Shown piece after piece: positions 18,724 to 27,659 of a DNA stretch of 64,000 nucleotides (within the stretch, counting starts at the first letter, position 1; each line of letters starts with the position of its first letter). Origin of the DNA: Actinomycetota bacterium (GTDB taxonomy: Bacteria; Actinomycetota; Actinomycetes; Streptosporangiales; Streptosporangiaceae); contig DAHVAR010000238.1 of assembly GCA_027314515.1 (NCBI GenBank), positions 6,882 to 70,881 of the forward strand, read 5' to 3'. The notes below the pieces were generated by a model. It was not told where the DNA came from and searched no databases. It saw only the letters and a list, made by a program, of their open reading frames with translations. The position numbers were made by a program, and so were the translations under genes.

Positions 18724-21378
18724 TCATGGCGCGGCAGTACCGCCGACGGCGGCCAGCGGGTGAGGCACCCGCTCCCCGGAGCCATCCCGGCGGCCGACCG
18801 GCGGCGGGAGCTCCACTGGCGTGCCGGCCTCGGTCGCGCCGCGGGCCGGCCCCGGCCCGGCCCAGGCGAGTACGAGCACATCCTCGCCCCTGAGGAAGCG
18901 ATGGCACCGCACTCCGCCGGTGGCACGTCCCTTCGGGGGGAACTCCGCGAACGGGGTGACCTTGACGGTTCCCGACCCGGTGCCGGGCAGCGCGCCGGCC
19001 GCGCCGGCCACCGTCACCACGACCGGCCCGGACGCGGTGCTGCCTGGCACGGTGCTGCCTGACACGGGGCCGTCCGACGAGGCATCATGGACGCCAGCGG
19101 CGGGGTCGACCGCGCCGAACCAGATGACGCTTGCCCGCGGCGCCAGCCGGATGCCGGCCATGCCGGCCGCGGCACGGCCCTGCGGCCGCACCACCGATGC
19201 CGGGAAGCGCAGCAACTGCGCGTCGCTGGTGATGAACGTGAGCTCGGCATCCTCGTCAGCCAGTTGCACCGCGCCGACGACCCGGTCTCCGTCCTTCAGT
19301 GCGATGACCTCGAACTCGGCAGAACTCTGCGGGTAATCAGGGGTGACGCGCTTGACCACCCCCTGGGCGGTGCCGATCGCGAGCCCGGCGCCGGCTGCCT
19401 CAGCGGCGACGAGGGCGACGACGGTCTCGCCCGGCGTGGTCGTGATGAACTCGCTGACCGGAGCGCCGCCGGACAGGGCGGGGGAGTGCGCGCTCGGCGG
19501 CAGCGCGGGCAGTTCCAGCACGCCGAGCCGGATCAGCCGGCCGGCCGACGTCAGCACGCCGACGCTGCCGCGCGCGGTCGAGCCGACCGACGAGGTGATG
19601 ACGTCGTGAGCCGCGCGCTGGCCGGAAGTCCCCTGGCCCGGCGTGCGGCGGGAGCGCGAACCAGCCCGTTCCCCGCCGTCATCATCGACGGGCAGGGTGT
19701 CCTGCACGGCCGCCGGCGGCTGCGCCGCGGTGCGGGCCAGCAGCCCGGTGCAGGACAGCAGCACCGTGCACGGCTCGTCGGCGACCTCCAGGGCCGCGGC
19801 GGCCGTCCGCGGCGCCGCGCCGCTGCCCTCCAGCAGCACGGTGCGGCGCGGAGTGGCGAACTTCTCGCTGACCGCCGCCAGCTCGGAGCTGACCAGCTCG
19901 CGCAGCCGCTCATCAGACTCCAGGATCACGGTCAGCTCGGCGATCTCGGCCCGCAGCGTCTGAAGCTCCCGATCCAGTTCCAGCTTGTCGTAACGGGTCA
20001 GCCGGCGCAGCGGCGTGTCCAGGATGTACTGCGCCTGGATCTCGCTCAGGTCGAATACCGACATCAGCCGCTCCCTGGCGGCCGCCGCGTTATCGCTGGT
20101 CCTGATGACCTGGATAACCTCGTCGATGTTCAGCAGCGCGATCAGCAGTCCGTCGACGAGGTGCTGCCTGGCCTCGCGCTTGGCCCTGCGGAACTCGCAC
20201 CGCCGCCGTACCACGTCGATCCGGAAGTCGACGTAGATCTGCAGCATGTCCTTCAGGCCGAGTACCCGCGGCTGGCTGTCGACCAGGGCCACGTTGTTGA
20301 TGCCGAAGGTCTCCTCCATCGGTGTCAGCCGGTACAGCTCGTCCAGCACCGCCTCGGGCACGAATCCCGACCGCACCTCGATGACCAGCCGCAGGCCGTT
20401 GTTCATGTCGGTCAGGTCCTTGAGATCGGATACCCCGTTCAGCTTCCTGGCCTGCACCAGGTCCTTGATGCGCGCGATCACCCGCTCCGGGCCCACCCCG
20501 TATGGCAGCTCGGTCACCACGATGCCCATCCGGCGCGGCGTGATCTTCTCGATCCTGGCGGCGGCCCGGGTGCGGAACAGCCCGCGGCCGGACTCATACG
20601 CCTCCCGGATGCCGTCCAGGCCCACGATCTTGCCGCCGGTCGGCAGGTCAGGGCCGGGCACGAACCGCATGAGCGTCTCGAGGTCGGCATCGGGGTTGCT
20701 GATCAGGTGCCGCGCGGCCGCGATAACCTCGCCGAGGTTGTGCGGCGCCATGTTCGTGGCCATCCCGACGGCGATCCCGGAGGCGCCGTTGACCAGCAGG
20801 TTCGGGAACGCGGTCGGCAAGACTTCGGGTTGGGTCTGGGTGCCGTCGTAGTTGGGGACGAAGTCGACGGTGTCCTCGTCGAGCGAGTTCGTCATCTCCA
20901 GCGCAGCAGCGGCCAGCCGCGCTTCGGTGTAGCGCATCGCGGCCGGAGAATCGTCGGGCGAGCCGAAGTTGCCGTGACCGTCGACCAGCGGCAGGCGCAT
21001 CGACCACGGCTGATGCAGCCTGACCAGGGCGTCGTAGATGGCACTGTCGCCGTGCGGGTGGAGGCGGCCCATGACCTCGCCGACCACTCGGGCGCACTTG
21101 ACATGCGCCCGGTCGGGCCGCAGGCCCATCTCGCTCATCTGGTAGAGAATCCGGCGCTGGACCGGCTTGAGCCCGTCCCTGGCGTCCGGCAGCGCGCGCT
21201 GGTAGATCACCGAGTAGGCGTACTCCAGGTAGCTGGCGCGCATCTCCTCGGTGACGTCGATATCGATGATGTTCTCTTCGAACTCGGCGTCCTCGTCGAT
21301 GCGGGCCGAGCCGCCGCTGCCGCGACCGCGGCCAGCCCCGGCCGCTCCCGATGACGTTGTCGTAGTGCGTCTTGCCAT
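18724..21378 (-). CDS. parC: Type IIA topoisomerase subunit A (topoisomerase IV ParC-like / GyrA paralogue)
   Basis: N-terminal signature ([55 protein letters not shown] containing the catalytic Tyr). Convergent with the subunit B gene. Confidence 0.85.
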   Translation of the reverse strand: MARRTTTTSSGAAGAGRGRGSGGSARIDEDAEFEENIIDIDVTEEMRASYLEYAYSVIYQRALPDARDGLKPVQRRILYQMSEMGLRPDRAHVKCARVVGEVMGRLHPHGDSAIYDALVRLHQPWSMRLPLVDGHGNFGSPDDSPAAMRYTEARLAAAALEMTNSLDEDTVDFVPNYDGTQTQPEVLPTAFPNLLVNGASGIAVGMATNMAPHNLGEVIAAARHLISNPDADLETLMRFVPGPDLPTGGKIVGLDGIREAYESGRGLFRTRAAARIEKITPRRMGIVVTELPYGVGPERVIARIKDLVQARKLNGVSDLKDLTDMNNGLRLVIEVRSGFVPEAVLDELYRLTPMEETFGINNVALVDSQPRVLGLKDMLQIYVDFRIDVVRRRCEFRRAKREARQHLVDGLLIALLNIDEVIQVIRTSDNAAAARERLMSVFDLSEIQAQYILDTPLRRLTRYDKLELDRELQTLRAEIAELTVILESDERLRELVSSELAAVSEKFATPRRTVLLEGSGAAPRTAAAALEVADEPCTVLLSCTGLLARTAAQPPAAVQDTLPVDDDGGERAGSRSRRTPGQGTSGQRAAHDVITSSVGSTARGSVGVLTSAGRLIRLGVLELPALPPSAHSPALSGGAPVSEFITTTPGETVVALVAAEAAGAGLAIGTAQGVVKRVTPDYPQSSAEFEVIALKDGDRVVGAVQLADEDAELTFITSDAQLLRFPASVVRPQGRAAAGMAGIRLAPRASVIWFGAVDPAAGVHDASSDGPVSGSTVPGSTASGPVVVTVAGAAGALPGTGSGTVKVTPFAEFPPKGRATGGVRCHRFLRGEDVLVLAWAGPGPARGATEAGTPVELPPPVGRRDGSGERVPHPLAAVGGTAAP

Positions 21379-21460
21379 GTCGCCATTCTGCCGCCAGGCC
21401 GAGCGTGCCGGGCGCGTCGCGGGGGCCGGCGCGCCGCGCCATTTGGGGCCGGGGAGCGGA

Positions 21461-22234
21461 TCAGGTCACCGAGAAGCCGCCATCCACCCGGATCACCTGG
21501 CCGGTGACGTAGTCGCTCGCCGGGCTCGCCAGGAAGACGGCAGCGCCGGCGAAGTCTGCCGGTACGCCGTTGCGGCCCACCATCGTCCGGGCGGCGAGCG
21601 CCGCCACCCGGGCCGGATCCGCCGACGCCTCGGCCGTGAGCGGGGTGACCACGAAGCCCGGGCAGATCGCGTTGCAGCAGACTCCGCTTGGCGCCCAGGC
21701 TTCGGACTGTGACCTCGTCAGCGACGCCACGCCGCCCTTCGATGCGCCGTAGCCGCCGCTGTTGGCGAACGCGCGGTCAGCCTGCTGCGAGGTGATATTG
21801 ATGATCCGGCCCCAGCCGCGCCCGGCCATCTGCGGGCCGAGCGCCTGGCCCAGCAGGAACGGCGCTGTCAGGTTGACGGCCATCAGCTCATCCCAGGCGG
21901 CGATGCTGAGCTCGGCGAGTGGCGGCCGCAGGTTCAGGCCCGCGCAGTTCACCAGGATGTCCGGCGGACCGAAGCGCTCGCCCGCCTGGCCGGCCGCCCG
22001 CGCCGCAGCCGCCCGGTCGCCGAGGTCGGCGCTGACGGCCGAGACACGGCACCCGGCGCTGGCCAGTTCGCCGGCCGCGTCCCGCAGGTTCGCCAGGTCC
22101 CTCGCGATGATCACTACAGCCGCGCCGGCCCGCCCGAGTGCCAGCGCGATGCCGCGGCCGATGCCCGAACTGCCCCCGGTGACGACGGCCACCCGGTTGC
22201 GCAGTGAGAAGAGCTGATCCAGGTAACCGCTCAT
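21461..22234 (-). CDS. SDR family oxidoreductase
   Basis: [12 protein letters not shown] cofactor motif, NCAG, and a YGASKGG catalytic Tyr-x3-Lys; 257 aa. Confidence 0.85.
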   Translation of the reverse strand: MSGYLDQLFSLRNRVAVVTGGSSGIGRGIALALGRAGAAVVIIARDLANLRDAAGELASAGCRVSAVSADLGDRAAAARAAGQAGERFGPPDILVNCAGLNLRPPLAELSIAAWDELMAVNLTAPFLLGQALGPQMAGRGWGRIINITSQQADRAFANSGGYGASKGGVASLTRSQSEAWAPSGVCCNAICPGFVVTPLTAEASADPARVAALAARTMVGRNGVPADFAGAAVFLASPASDYVTGQVIRVDGGFSVT

Positions 22235-22547
22235 GTTCCTAACTTCGCTTCAGGCCGGGAACGCGCAGTATCGGCGCGGCAGTAGCCTCGGGCTGATCCG
22301 GGCAAGGGGCACCGGGCTAGTGCGGCACACCCCGGAGCGACGGTGGTAGCGGCCCGATCCGGGAGCTGCGAGCGCGTGCACATTTGCTGGCGGCCGCCGG
22401 CGGGCCCGATGCCGACAGGATAGGTAGACGGCAGACGCATCGTCAACCAACTCATTGGGTGTTGCCGTCCGCCCGGCGCTGAGCGAGGGTTGGAGTGGCG
22501 GCGGCCGGCCTGCGGGCTGCCAGCGACATGCCGCTCAGGGAGGTGTG

Positions 22548-23105
22548 GTGGCGAGCCGGCCGGTGCTGTACCTGATCGCGTCCGGTGCCGCGCCCGCCAG
22601 CGAGTTGCCCGCGCTGGTCGCCGAGTTGACTGCCGAGTGGGATATCTGCGTGATTACGACGCCCGAGGGCTCGAGGTTCTTCGATACCCGCCAGATCGCC
22701 GAGCTGACCGGTCATCCGGTTCGGGCGAGCTTCAAGGACCCGGACGCGCCCGACATCCTGCCCGCTGCGGACGCGTTCGCCGCCGCTCCGGCCACGTTCA
22801 ACACGATCAACAAGTGGGCGGCTGGTATCAGCGACACCCTGGCCCTCGGGCTGCTGAATGAGGCGATCGGGCTCGGTCTGCCGATCGTCGCCGTGCCCTG
22901 GCCGAACGCGCCCCTGGCCCGCCACCCGGCGTTCGGCCGCAGCGTCGCAACACTGCGGGACTGCCAGGTTACCGTCATCCTCGATGCGGAGAACCTGCCC
23001 GATCAGACCAATCGCGGGCAGGTCAGCTTCCCCTGGCAGCAGCTACGGGCTGAGCTCGCGCAGGTCCGGGCTGGCCTTGCCGCGGGCCGCGCGTCCGGGC
23101 CGTGA
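22548..23105 (+). CDS. HFCD-family flavoprotein (CoaC/EpiD-like fold)
   Basis: VLYLIASGAAPA... Rossmann-like start and the APATFNTINKWAAGISDTLA motif (compare PASANTIAK...GIADNL). GTG 22545/22548 follows the CAGGGAGG RBS, so the ORF-track TTG 22455 is probably too far upstream. Confidence 0.7.
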   Translation: MASRPVLYLIASGAAPASELPALVAELTAEWDICVITTPEGSRFFDTRQIAELTGHPVRASFKDPDAPDILPAADAFAAAPATFNTINKWAAGISDTLALGLLNEAIGLGLPIVAVPWPNAPLARHPAFGRSVATLRDCQVTVILDAENLPDQTNRGQVSFPWQQLRAELAQVRAGLAAGRASGP

Positions 23106-23137
23106 GGCGCGCGGCCGGGCCCCACGGCGAGCCGTAG

Positions 23138-24043
23138 CTAGAGCAGCGGACGGGCGCCGACCAGGCTCAGCGCGCTGGCGGCGAGGCGGCAGCCGCTTGC
23201 CAGTGCCTCATGGGCCGGTTTCTTGTCGAGCCACGGAGGCAGGAAGCCCGCGATGAACGCGTCTCCGGCGCCGGTGCGGTCGAGCACATGCTCGACCGGC
23301 GGCGCGCTGACCCGGACCGGCTCCGGCCGCCCGCCCGCGTACATCATTGCCCCGTCGGCGCCGAGCTTCATGACCACGTGCGGATACCAGGCGTTCAGCA
23401 CCCTGGCGGCCTGGCTCGCATCGTCTCGGCCGGTCAGCACCTTGCCCTGCTCCGGGTTGACGAACAGCAGCGCGGCGCCGTTGGTGAGCTGCAGGAACGG
23501 CTCGGCACCCACGCGGCTCAGGGGCGCAGCGGATGCGCCGTCGACGGAAACGGTCATGCCCGCCTGGTGGGCAAGGCCCATCGCGGCGAGCACGGCGCGG
23601 CGCGAGCCCGCATTAAGCAGCGTGTAACCCGAGACGTGCAGATGGCTGCTCGGCGCGAACAGGTCCCTGGGCAGGTCGTCGGCGGACAGCGCGGCATTAG
23701 CGCCAGGGTCGGACAGCAGCGTGTGGTCGCCCTTGTGGGTGATCATCACCACGCACGTGCCGGTGGGGCGCTCCGGATCCATCACCAGGCGGGCATCGAC
23801 TCCGTAGCCCATCAGCTCCATGTCCCGGTTGCGGCCGGCGATGTCGGCGCCACGGCGGCCGACGAAAGCCACTTCCGCGCCGTCAACGGCCAGCCAGGAG
23901 GCGATGTTCGCACCCGATCCGCCGCCGTGCATCGTCACCGTTGCAGGTGTGTCGCTGCCCCTGGCCAGCGGAGCGGTCGCATGCGCAACTGTGTCGGTCA
24001 TCAGGTCACCAACGACGACAACGCGCGTCAATGTCGTCACCAC
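23138..24043 (-). CDS. PfkB-family carbohydrate/nucleoside kinase
   Basis: GGSGANIA near the N-terminus and the C-terminal DRTGAGDAFIAGF anion-hole/ATP motif typical of ribokinase/PfkB kinases. Confidence 0.85.
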   Translation of the reverse strand: MVTTLTRVVVVGDLMTDTVAHATAPLARGSDTPATVTMHGGGSGANIASWLAVDGAEVAFVGRRGADIAGRNRDMELMGYGVDARLVMDPERPTGTCVVMITHKGDHTLLSDPGANAALSADDLPRDLFAPSSHLHVSGYTLLNAGSRRAVLAAMGLAHQAGMTVSVDGASAAPLSRVGAEPFLQLTNGAALLFVNPEQGKVLTGRDDASQAARVLNAWYPHVVMKLGADGAMMYAGGRPEPVRVSAPPVEHVLDRTGAGDAFIAGFLPPWLDKKPAHEALASGCRLAASALSLVGARPLL

Positions 24044-24090
24044 CTTGATCCACAGGCCGTTTCAGGACTGGCGGGGGAGGGCGTCCTGAT

Positions 24091-24130
24091 CAGAGCTAGC
24101 GCTTAGAACTCAGAGCTAGCGCTTAGAACT
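24091..24130. repeat. Two perfect tandem copies of a 20-bp unit (CAGAGCTAGCGCTTAGAACT)
   Basis: Copies at 24091-24110 and 24111-24130 are identical. This is a locally AT-richer patch 48 nt upstream of the PfkB kinase start (24043, minus strand). Confidence 0.95.
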
Positions 24131-24195
24131 TAACAGCTTCGCCGGCCCATCTTGCGCCGTTCGCCGTCCGAAGCTGCGGTCCGAACTGGTTCCGG

Positions 24196-25290
24196 TCAGA
24201 CTGCGAGCATTGTCACACGCCCGGCCACGACCAGCAGATTCACTTCTGACTCGGCGGCGAGCCGCTGGTTAAGCCAGCCTAGCTGATCGCGGAATATCCG
24301 GTTCGCCGGATAGGACGGGTCCAGCCCCGCGCTGGCCTGGTCGCTGACTGCGACCACCAGCGCCGCAGTCTGCCGCCAGGCAGCGATCAGGTCGTCGATG
24401 CGCGCGCCGAGTACCTCTGCCGCGCCGTCCGGGCCGTCCGGGCCCGGCGGGTCGCCAGCTCGCATGCCGGCCCCGGCCATGACCCCGGCCATGACCCCGG
24501 CCAGCCATGCGCCGATGCCGTCGATCAGCACGGCCCCGGTTTCCTGACGTAGCTGCCCGGCGATGTCCAGGCTCTCCACCGTCCGCCACCAGGGCGGCCG
24601 AGCCCGGTGGCTGGTCGCCCGCGCCGCCGGCGGACCGGCCGCCAGGTACGTCACCGATGGCTCGGCAGCCAGTCGCAGCTCCGCCTCGGCCGACGTGCCG
24701 GACCGGGCGCCGCCGAGGATCAAGGTCCGGTGCGGCCTGACGACGGCGGTGCCGGGCGCCGGGATCACCGCCGGGACACCGGGAGCCGGACTGACCACCA
24801 GCTGGCCGTCCTGGCAGACGGCCGCACGCCACAGCTCGCAGCGCCGGGCCAGTTCCTGCTCGGAACTGATGCGGTGGTCGGCATACAACGCCCCGACCGC
24901 CGTGTGGGCCCGGACCAGCCCGGCGGCGCGGAGGCGGCCGAGCTGGACCGGGCTGGCCAGCAGGTCGAGCAGCGCGATGTCGTATGGCCTGGCGCCGGAC
25001 GGCGGTTCCGGGATCTGGCCAGGGCCGCCTGCCAGCAGCAGGCGGCCGCCATCCGGGCCGGTGATCTCGAATCCGCCAGGCAACTGCGCGATGACATGCC
25101 CGGGTCCGCCGGTAGTGCCCGTTCCCGTGGGGGATTGCTGGCCGGGCAGGAACTCGAGCGATCCGTCGATGAGCACCCTGCCGGGGCGCCTGGCCTGTCC
25201 GCCCGAACCGGCGCGCAGGCAGGATGCGCACCGGCAGCCGTCCTCCGGCCAGCCGTGAGCGCCGCCGGTGCCGATCAGGAGTGCGTGCAC
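24196..25290 (-). CDS. Two-domain protein: Cys-rich N-terminal domain plus CobU-like (adenosylcobinamide kinase/guanylyltransferase-like) C-terminal domain
   Basis: The C-half LILGGARSGTSAEAE resembles the CobU P-loop GGARSGKS but has Thr in place of Lys. The N-terminus GTGGAHGWPEDGCRCASC resembles the start of PhnP/MBL-like proteins, yet I see no HxHxDH motif. Confidence 0.6.
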   Translation of the reverse strand: MHALLIGTGGAHGWPEDGCRCASCLRAGSGGQARRPGRVLIDGSLEFLPGQQSPTGTGTTGGPGHVIAQLPGGFEITGPDGGRLLLAGGPGQIPEPPSGARPYDIALLDLLASPVQLGRLRAAGLVRAHTAVGALYADHRISSEQELARRCELWRAAVCQDGQLVVSPAPGVPAVIPAPGTAVVRPHRTLILGGARSGTSAEAELRLAAEPSVTYLAAGPPAARATSHRARPPWWRTVESLDIAGQLRQETGAVLIDGIGAWLAGVMAGVMAGAGMRAGDPPGPDGPDGAAEVLGARIDDLIAAWRQTAALVVAVSDQASAGLDPSYPANRIFRDQLGWLNQRLAAESEVNLLVVAGRVTMLAV

Positions 25291-25368
25291 TGTTCCGCTG
25301 GCTCCACTTCCGCCGTTAGTTACGATGAGCCCGCAGGGCCGGCTTGATCTTTGCGAGGGAGGCGTGCC

Positions 25369-25581
25369 ATGACCTGGGCCTGGCAGCTTGAGAAGGAAGA
25401 CGGCACGGTGATCAGTTCACGCGAGCTGACCAAGGAGGCCTTCAGCAGCCAGGGCGACGCGGAGAACTGGATCGGCGAGCACTGGCCGGATCTGCTGAAG
25501 TCGGGAGTCGACCAGGTCACGCTGACCGAGGACGGGCGCGTCGAGTACGGCCCGATGAGCCTGCACCCGGCTCAGGAGTAG
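25369..25581 (+). CDS. Small conserved-looking hypothetical protein (70 aa)
   Basis: ATG 25369 lies 6 nt after the GAGGGAGG RBS. Codon usage is coding-like. Sequence: MTWAWQLEKEDGTVISSRELTKEAFSSQGDAENWIGEHW... Confidence 0.6.
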   Translation: MTWAWQLEKEDGTVISSRELTKEAFSSQGDAENWIGEHWPDLLKSGVDQVTLTEDGRVEYGPMSLHPAQE

Positions 25582-25622
25582 GCCGGCCCGCCCGACGCCG
25601 GCACGGGCCGCGCGGCGGCCGC

Positions 25623-26621
25623 TCAGGACCGCGTCCGCGGGCTCGTGGTGAACGCGGGATCGCTGACGATCTGGTCGCCGAGAATGACGTCGATCCGCTT
25701 GAGCACCTCCTGGTCCAGCCGGACGCCCGCGGCCCTGGCGTTCTCGCGGACCTGCCCCGGCCGGGTCGCGCCGATGATCGCGGCCGACACCGCCGGGTTC
25801 TGCAGGGTCCAGGCGACCGCTAGCTGCGCCAGCGTCAGGCCCGCTTGCTCGGCGACCGGCTTGAGCAGCTGCACCCTGGCCAGGATCTCCTCGGTCAGGT
25901 AGCGCGTGACAAAGCCGGCACCGCGCTCGTCGGTGGCCCGTGACCCGGCGGGAGGAGCGGCGCCGGGCAGGTACTTGCCGGTCAGCACGCCCTGTGCGAT
26001 CGGCGACCAGACGATCTGGCCGATTCCCTCGTGCGCGGCCAGCGGGATCACCTCCGACTCGATGACCCGCCAGATCATGTTGTACTGAGGCTGGTTGGAG
26101 ACGATCCGGTCAAGGCCCATCTGGTCGGCTATCTTCAGCGCCGCCTGGATTTCCTCCGCCCGCCACTCAGACACCCCGACGTACAGCACCTTGCCCTGCC
26201 TGACGAGGTCGTCGAAGGCCCGCAGCGTCTCCTCGAGCGGGGTCTCGTGGTCGTAGCGGTGTGCCTGGTACAGGTCGATGTAGTCGGTCTGCAGGCGGCG
26301 GAGTGAGGCATGCGCCGACTCCATGATGTGCTTGCGCGACAAGCCGCGGTCGTTGGCTCCCGATCCGGTCGGCCAGAAGACCTTGGTGCAGATCTCCACC
26401 GACTCACGCCGCACGCCGTGCAGTGCCTGACCCAGGATCGACTCGGCTTTGGTCATCGCGTACACGTCGGCGGTGTCGAACGTGCTGATGCCCTCGTCCA
26501 GTGCCGCGGCCACGCAGGCCTCCGCGGCTTCCTGCTCGACCTGCGAGCCGTGGGTGACCCAGTTCCCGTAAGCGATCTCGCTGACTTTCAGGCCGCTGCG
26601 GCCGAGGTGACGATGCTCCAT
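25623..26621 (-). CDS. Aldo/keto reductase
   Basis: MEHRHLGRSGLKVSEIAYGNW start, then FDTADVY and the later GVSEW and QPQYN motifs typical of AKR (Kv-beta-like) enzymes. The true start is ATG 26621 rather than the ORF-track 26804. Confidence 0.9.
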   Translation of the reverse strand: MEHRHLGRSGLKVSEIAYGNWVTHGSQVEQEAAEACVAAALDEGISTFDTADVYAMTKAESILGQALHGVRRESVEICTKVFWPTGSGANDRGLSRKHIMESAHASLRRLQTDYIDLYQAHRYDHETPLEETLRAFDDLVRQGKVLYVGVSEWRAEEIQAALKIADQMGLDRIVSNQPQYNMIWRVIESEVIPLAAHEGIGQIVWSPIAQGVLTGKYLPGAAPPAGSRATDERGAGFVTRYLTEEILARVQLLKPVAEQAGLTLAQLAVAWTLQNPAVSAAIIGATRPGQVRENARAAGVRLDQEVLKRIDVILGDQIVSDPAFTTSPRTRS

Positions 26622-26660
26622 GACAGGCCAACTTAGTCGCCGGGCTCCGGTCGGGCCGCG

Positions 26661-26720
26661 GCCGGGCGGGGTGCTCGGCCGGGCGGGGTGCTCGGCCGGC
26701 CGGGGTGCTCGGCCGGCCGC
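26661..26720. repeat. Intergenic 17-bp tandem repeat, about 3.5 copies (GCCGGGCGGGGTGCTCG)
   Basis: Copies at 26661-26677, 26678-26694 and 26695-26711 (one substitution), plus a partial copy. It lies between the AKR start (26621) and the DUF3043 stop (26728). Confidence 0.9.
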
Positions 26721-26727
26721 GCAGACC

Positions 26728-27351
26728 TCAGACCTGCTGGCCGCGGCTGACCCGCGGCTTCGGTATCCGCATCCGGCGAATCTGGACGCCGCGGGTAGCG
26801 GCATACCAGACGACGCCCTTAGTGCTTTCGTTCGGGAACCGCTGCGCGGCGAGCCGCTTGATCTTGGTCCCGACGAGCATCGCCTCGACGATGATGACCA
26901 CGAGCAGGACGACCACGACGATGTCGGCGATGAGCTTCGCGGACTGACTGGGCATGATCAGCAGCACCACCAGCAGCCCGACCAAGATCATGTAGTATTC
27001 GCCGACGCCACGCCGCGCGTCAACGACATCCCTGGCCAGGGCGCGCACCTGCCCCTGGTCCTTTCGCGGCAGTGCCCATTGCTCGCCCCGCTGCAACGCT
27101 GCTGACCTGCGGATTCGCTCTGCCCGCTCGCGCTGCCTGCTCTGCTGGCTGGCCGCTTTGCGATTGGCCGGAGGCTGGTACGGCTGGCGCCGGCTGGCCT
27201 GCGCCGCACTGCGCTTGGGAGTGGGCGCGCCCTTGGGCGCCGTGAAGCTGGACCGGGCCTGGCGAGCCTCGCCGTCACCGGCGGCATCGTCCGGCGCAGG
27301 CTGAACCTCGTCGACCACTGCGGGTGCGTCGCTGGAGCGTCGTCGGAACAC
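26728..27351 (-). CDS. DUF3043-like membrane protein
   Basis: MFRRRS... start, a basic Lys/Arg/Gln-rich N-half, then two hydrophobic helices (YYMILVGLLVVLLIM, IADIVVVVLLVVIIVEAMLV). This architecture matches DUF3043 as I recall it. Confidence 0.7.
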   Translation of the reverse strand: MFRRRSSDAPAVVDEVQPAPDDAAGDGEARQARSSFTAPKGAPTPKRSAAQASRRQPYQPPANRKAASQQSRQRERAERIRRSAALQRGEQWALPRKDQGQVRALARDVVDARRGVGEYYMILVGLLVVLLIMPSQSAKLIADIVVVVLLVVIIVEAMLVGTKIKRLAAQRFPNESTKGVVWYAATRGVQIRRMRIPKPRVSRGQQV

Positions 27352-27420
27352 GGCAACAGCCTACCGGGACGAAGGGCGCAGATGTCGTAGCGCGCTCGGG
27401 CCGCGGATGCCGGCCGGGCC

Positions 27421-27494
27421 GGCGGTCGCCCGGCGGGGCCGGCGGTCGCCCGGCAGGGCTGGCGGTCGCCCGGCGGGCTGGCGGTCGCCCGGCC
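27421..27494. repeat. Intergenic 20-bp tandem repeat x4 (GGCGGTCGCCCGGCGGGGCC)
   Basis: Copies at 27421-27440, 27441-27460, 27461-27479 and 27480-27494 (truncated). It lies in the divergent gap between DUF3043 (start 27351) and pspA (start 27660). Confidence 0.9.
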
Positions 27495-27659
27495 GGATTC
27501 CCGCGGCGCGCTGGCACTCTGTGATGACGGTTACGCCGGCCACGTCGTAGGCTGGGGGCGAGATCTGCCGGCTATATGACCGTTGCTCTCATCCGCGGCG
27601 TTCCGACACCCGGGCGCGCTGCAGCAGCGGGACTTCCGATTGAGGGGATGGTCGCGCCC

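Noticed and set aside
22235-23105. A RiPP (LanD/EpiD-type) biosynthetic locus around the HFCD flavoprotein
   Set aside because: There is no plausible Cys-terminated precursor peptide ORF. No dehydratase, cyclase or transporter genes are adjacent, and the putative catalytic His seems absent.
25623-26804. N-terminally extended versions of real genes in the ORF track. Examples: 2100-3116, 25623-26804, 34314-35813, 38408-40246, 42952-44292, 47150-47821, 56069-57394 and 57984-59081.
   Set aside because: The extensions are non-conserved-looking and overlap neighbouring genes. An internal start with an RBS, or a start matching the known family N-terminus, exists in each case. I used the shorter coordinates.
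27421-27494. CRISPR-like interpretation of the intergenic tandem arrays (also 26661-26720 and 47508-47582)
   Set aside because: The units are directly adjacent with no spacers, the periods are only 13-20 bp, and no cas genes are present.
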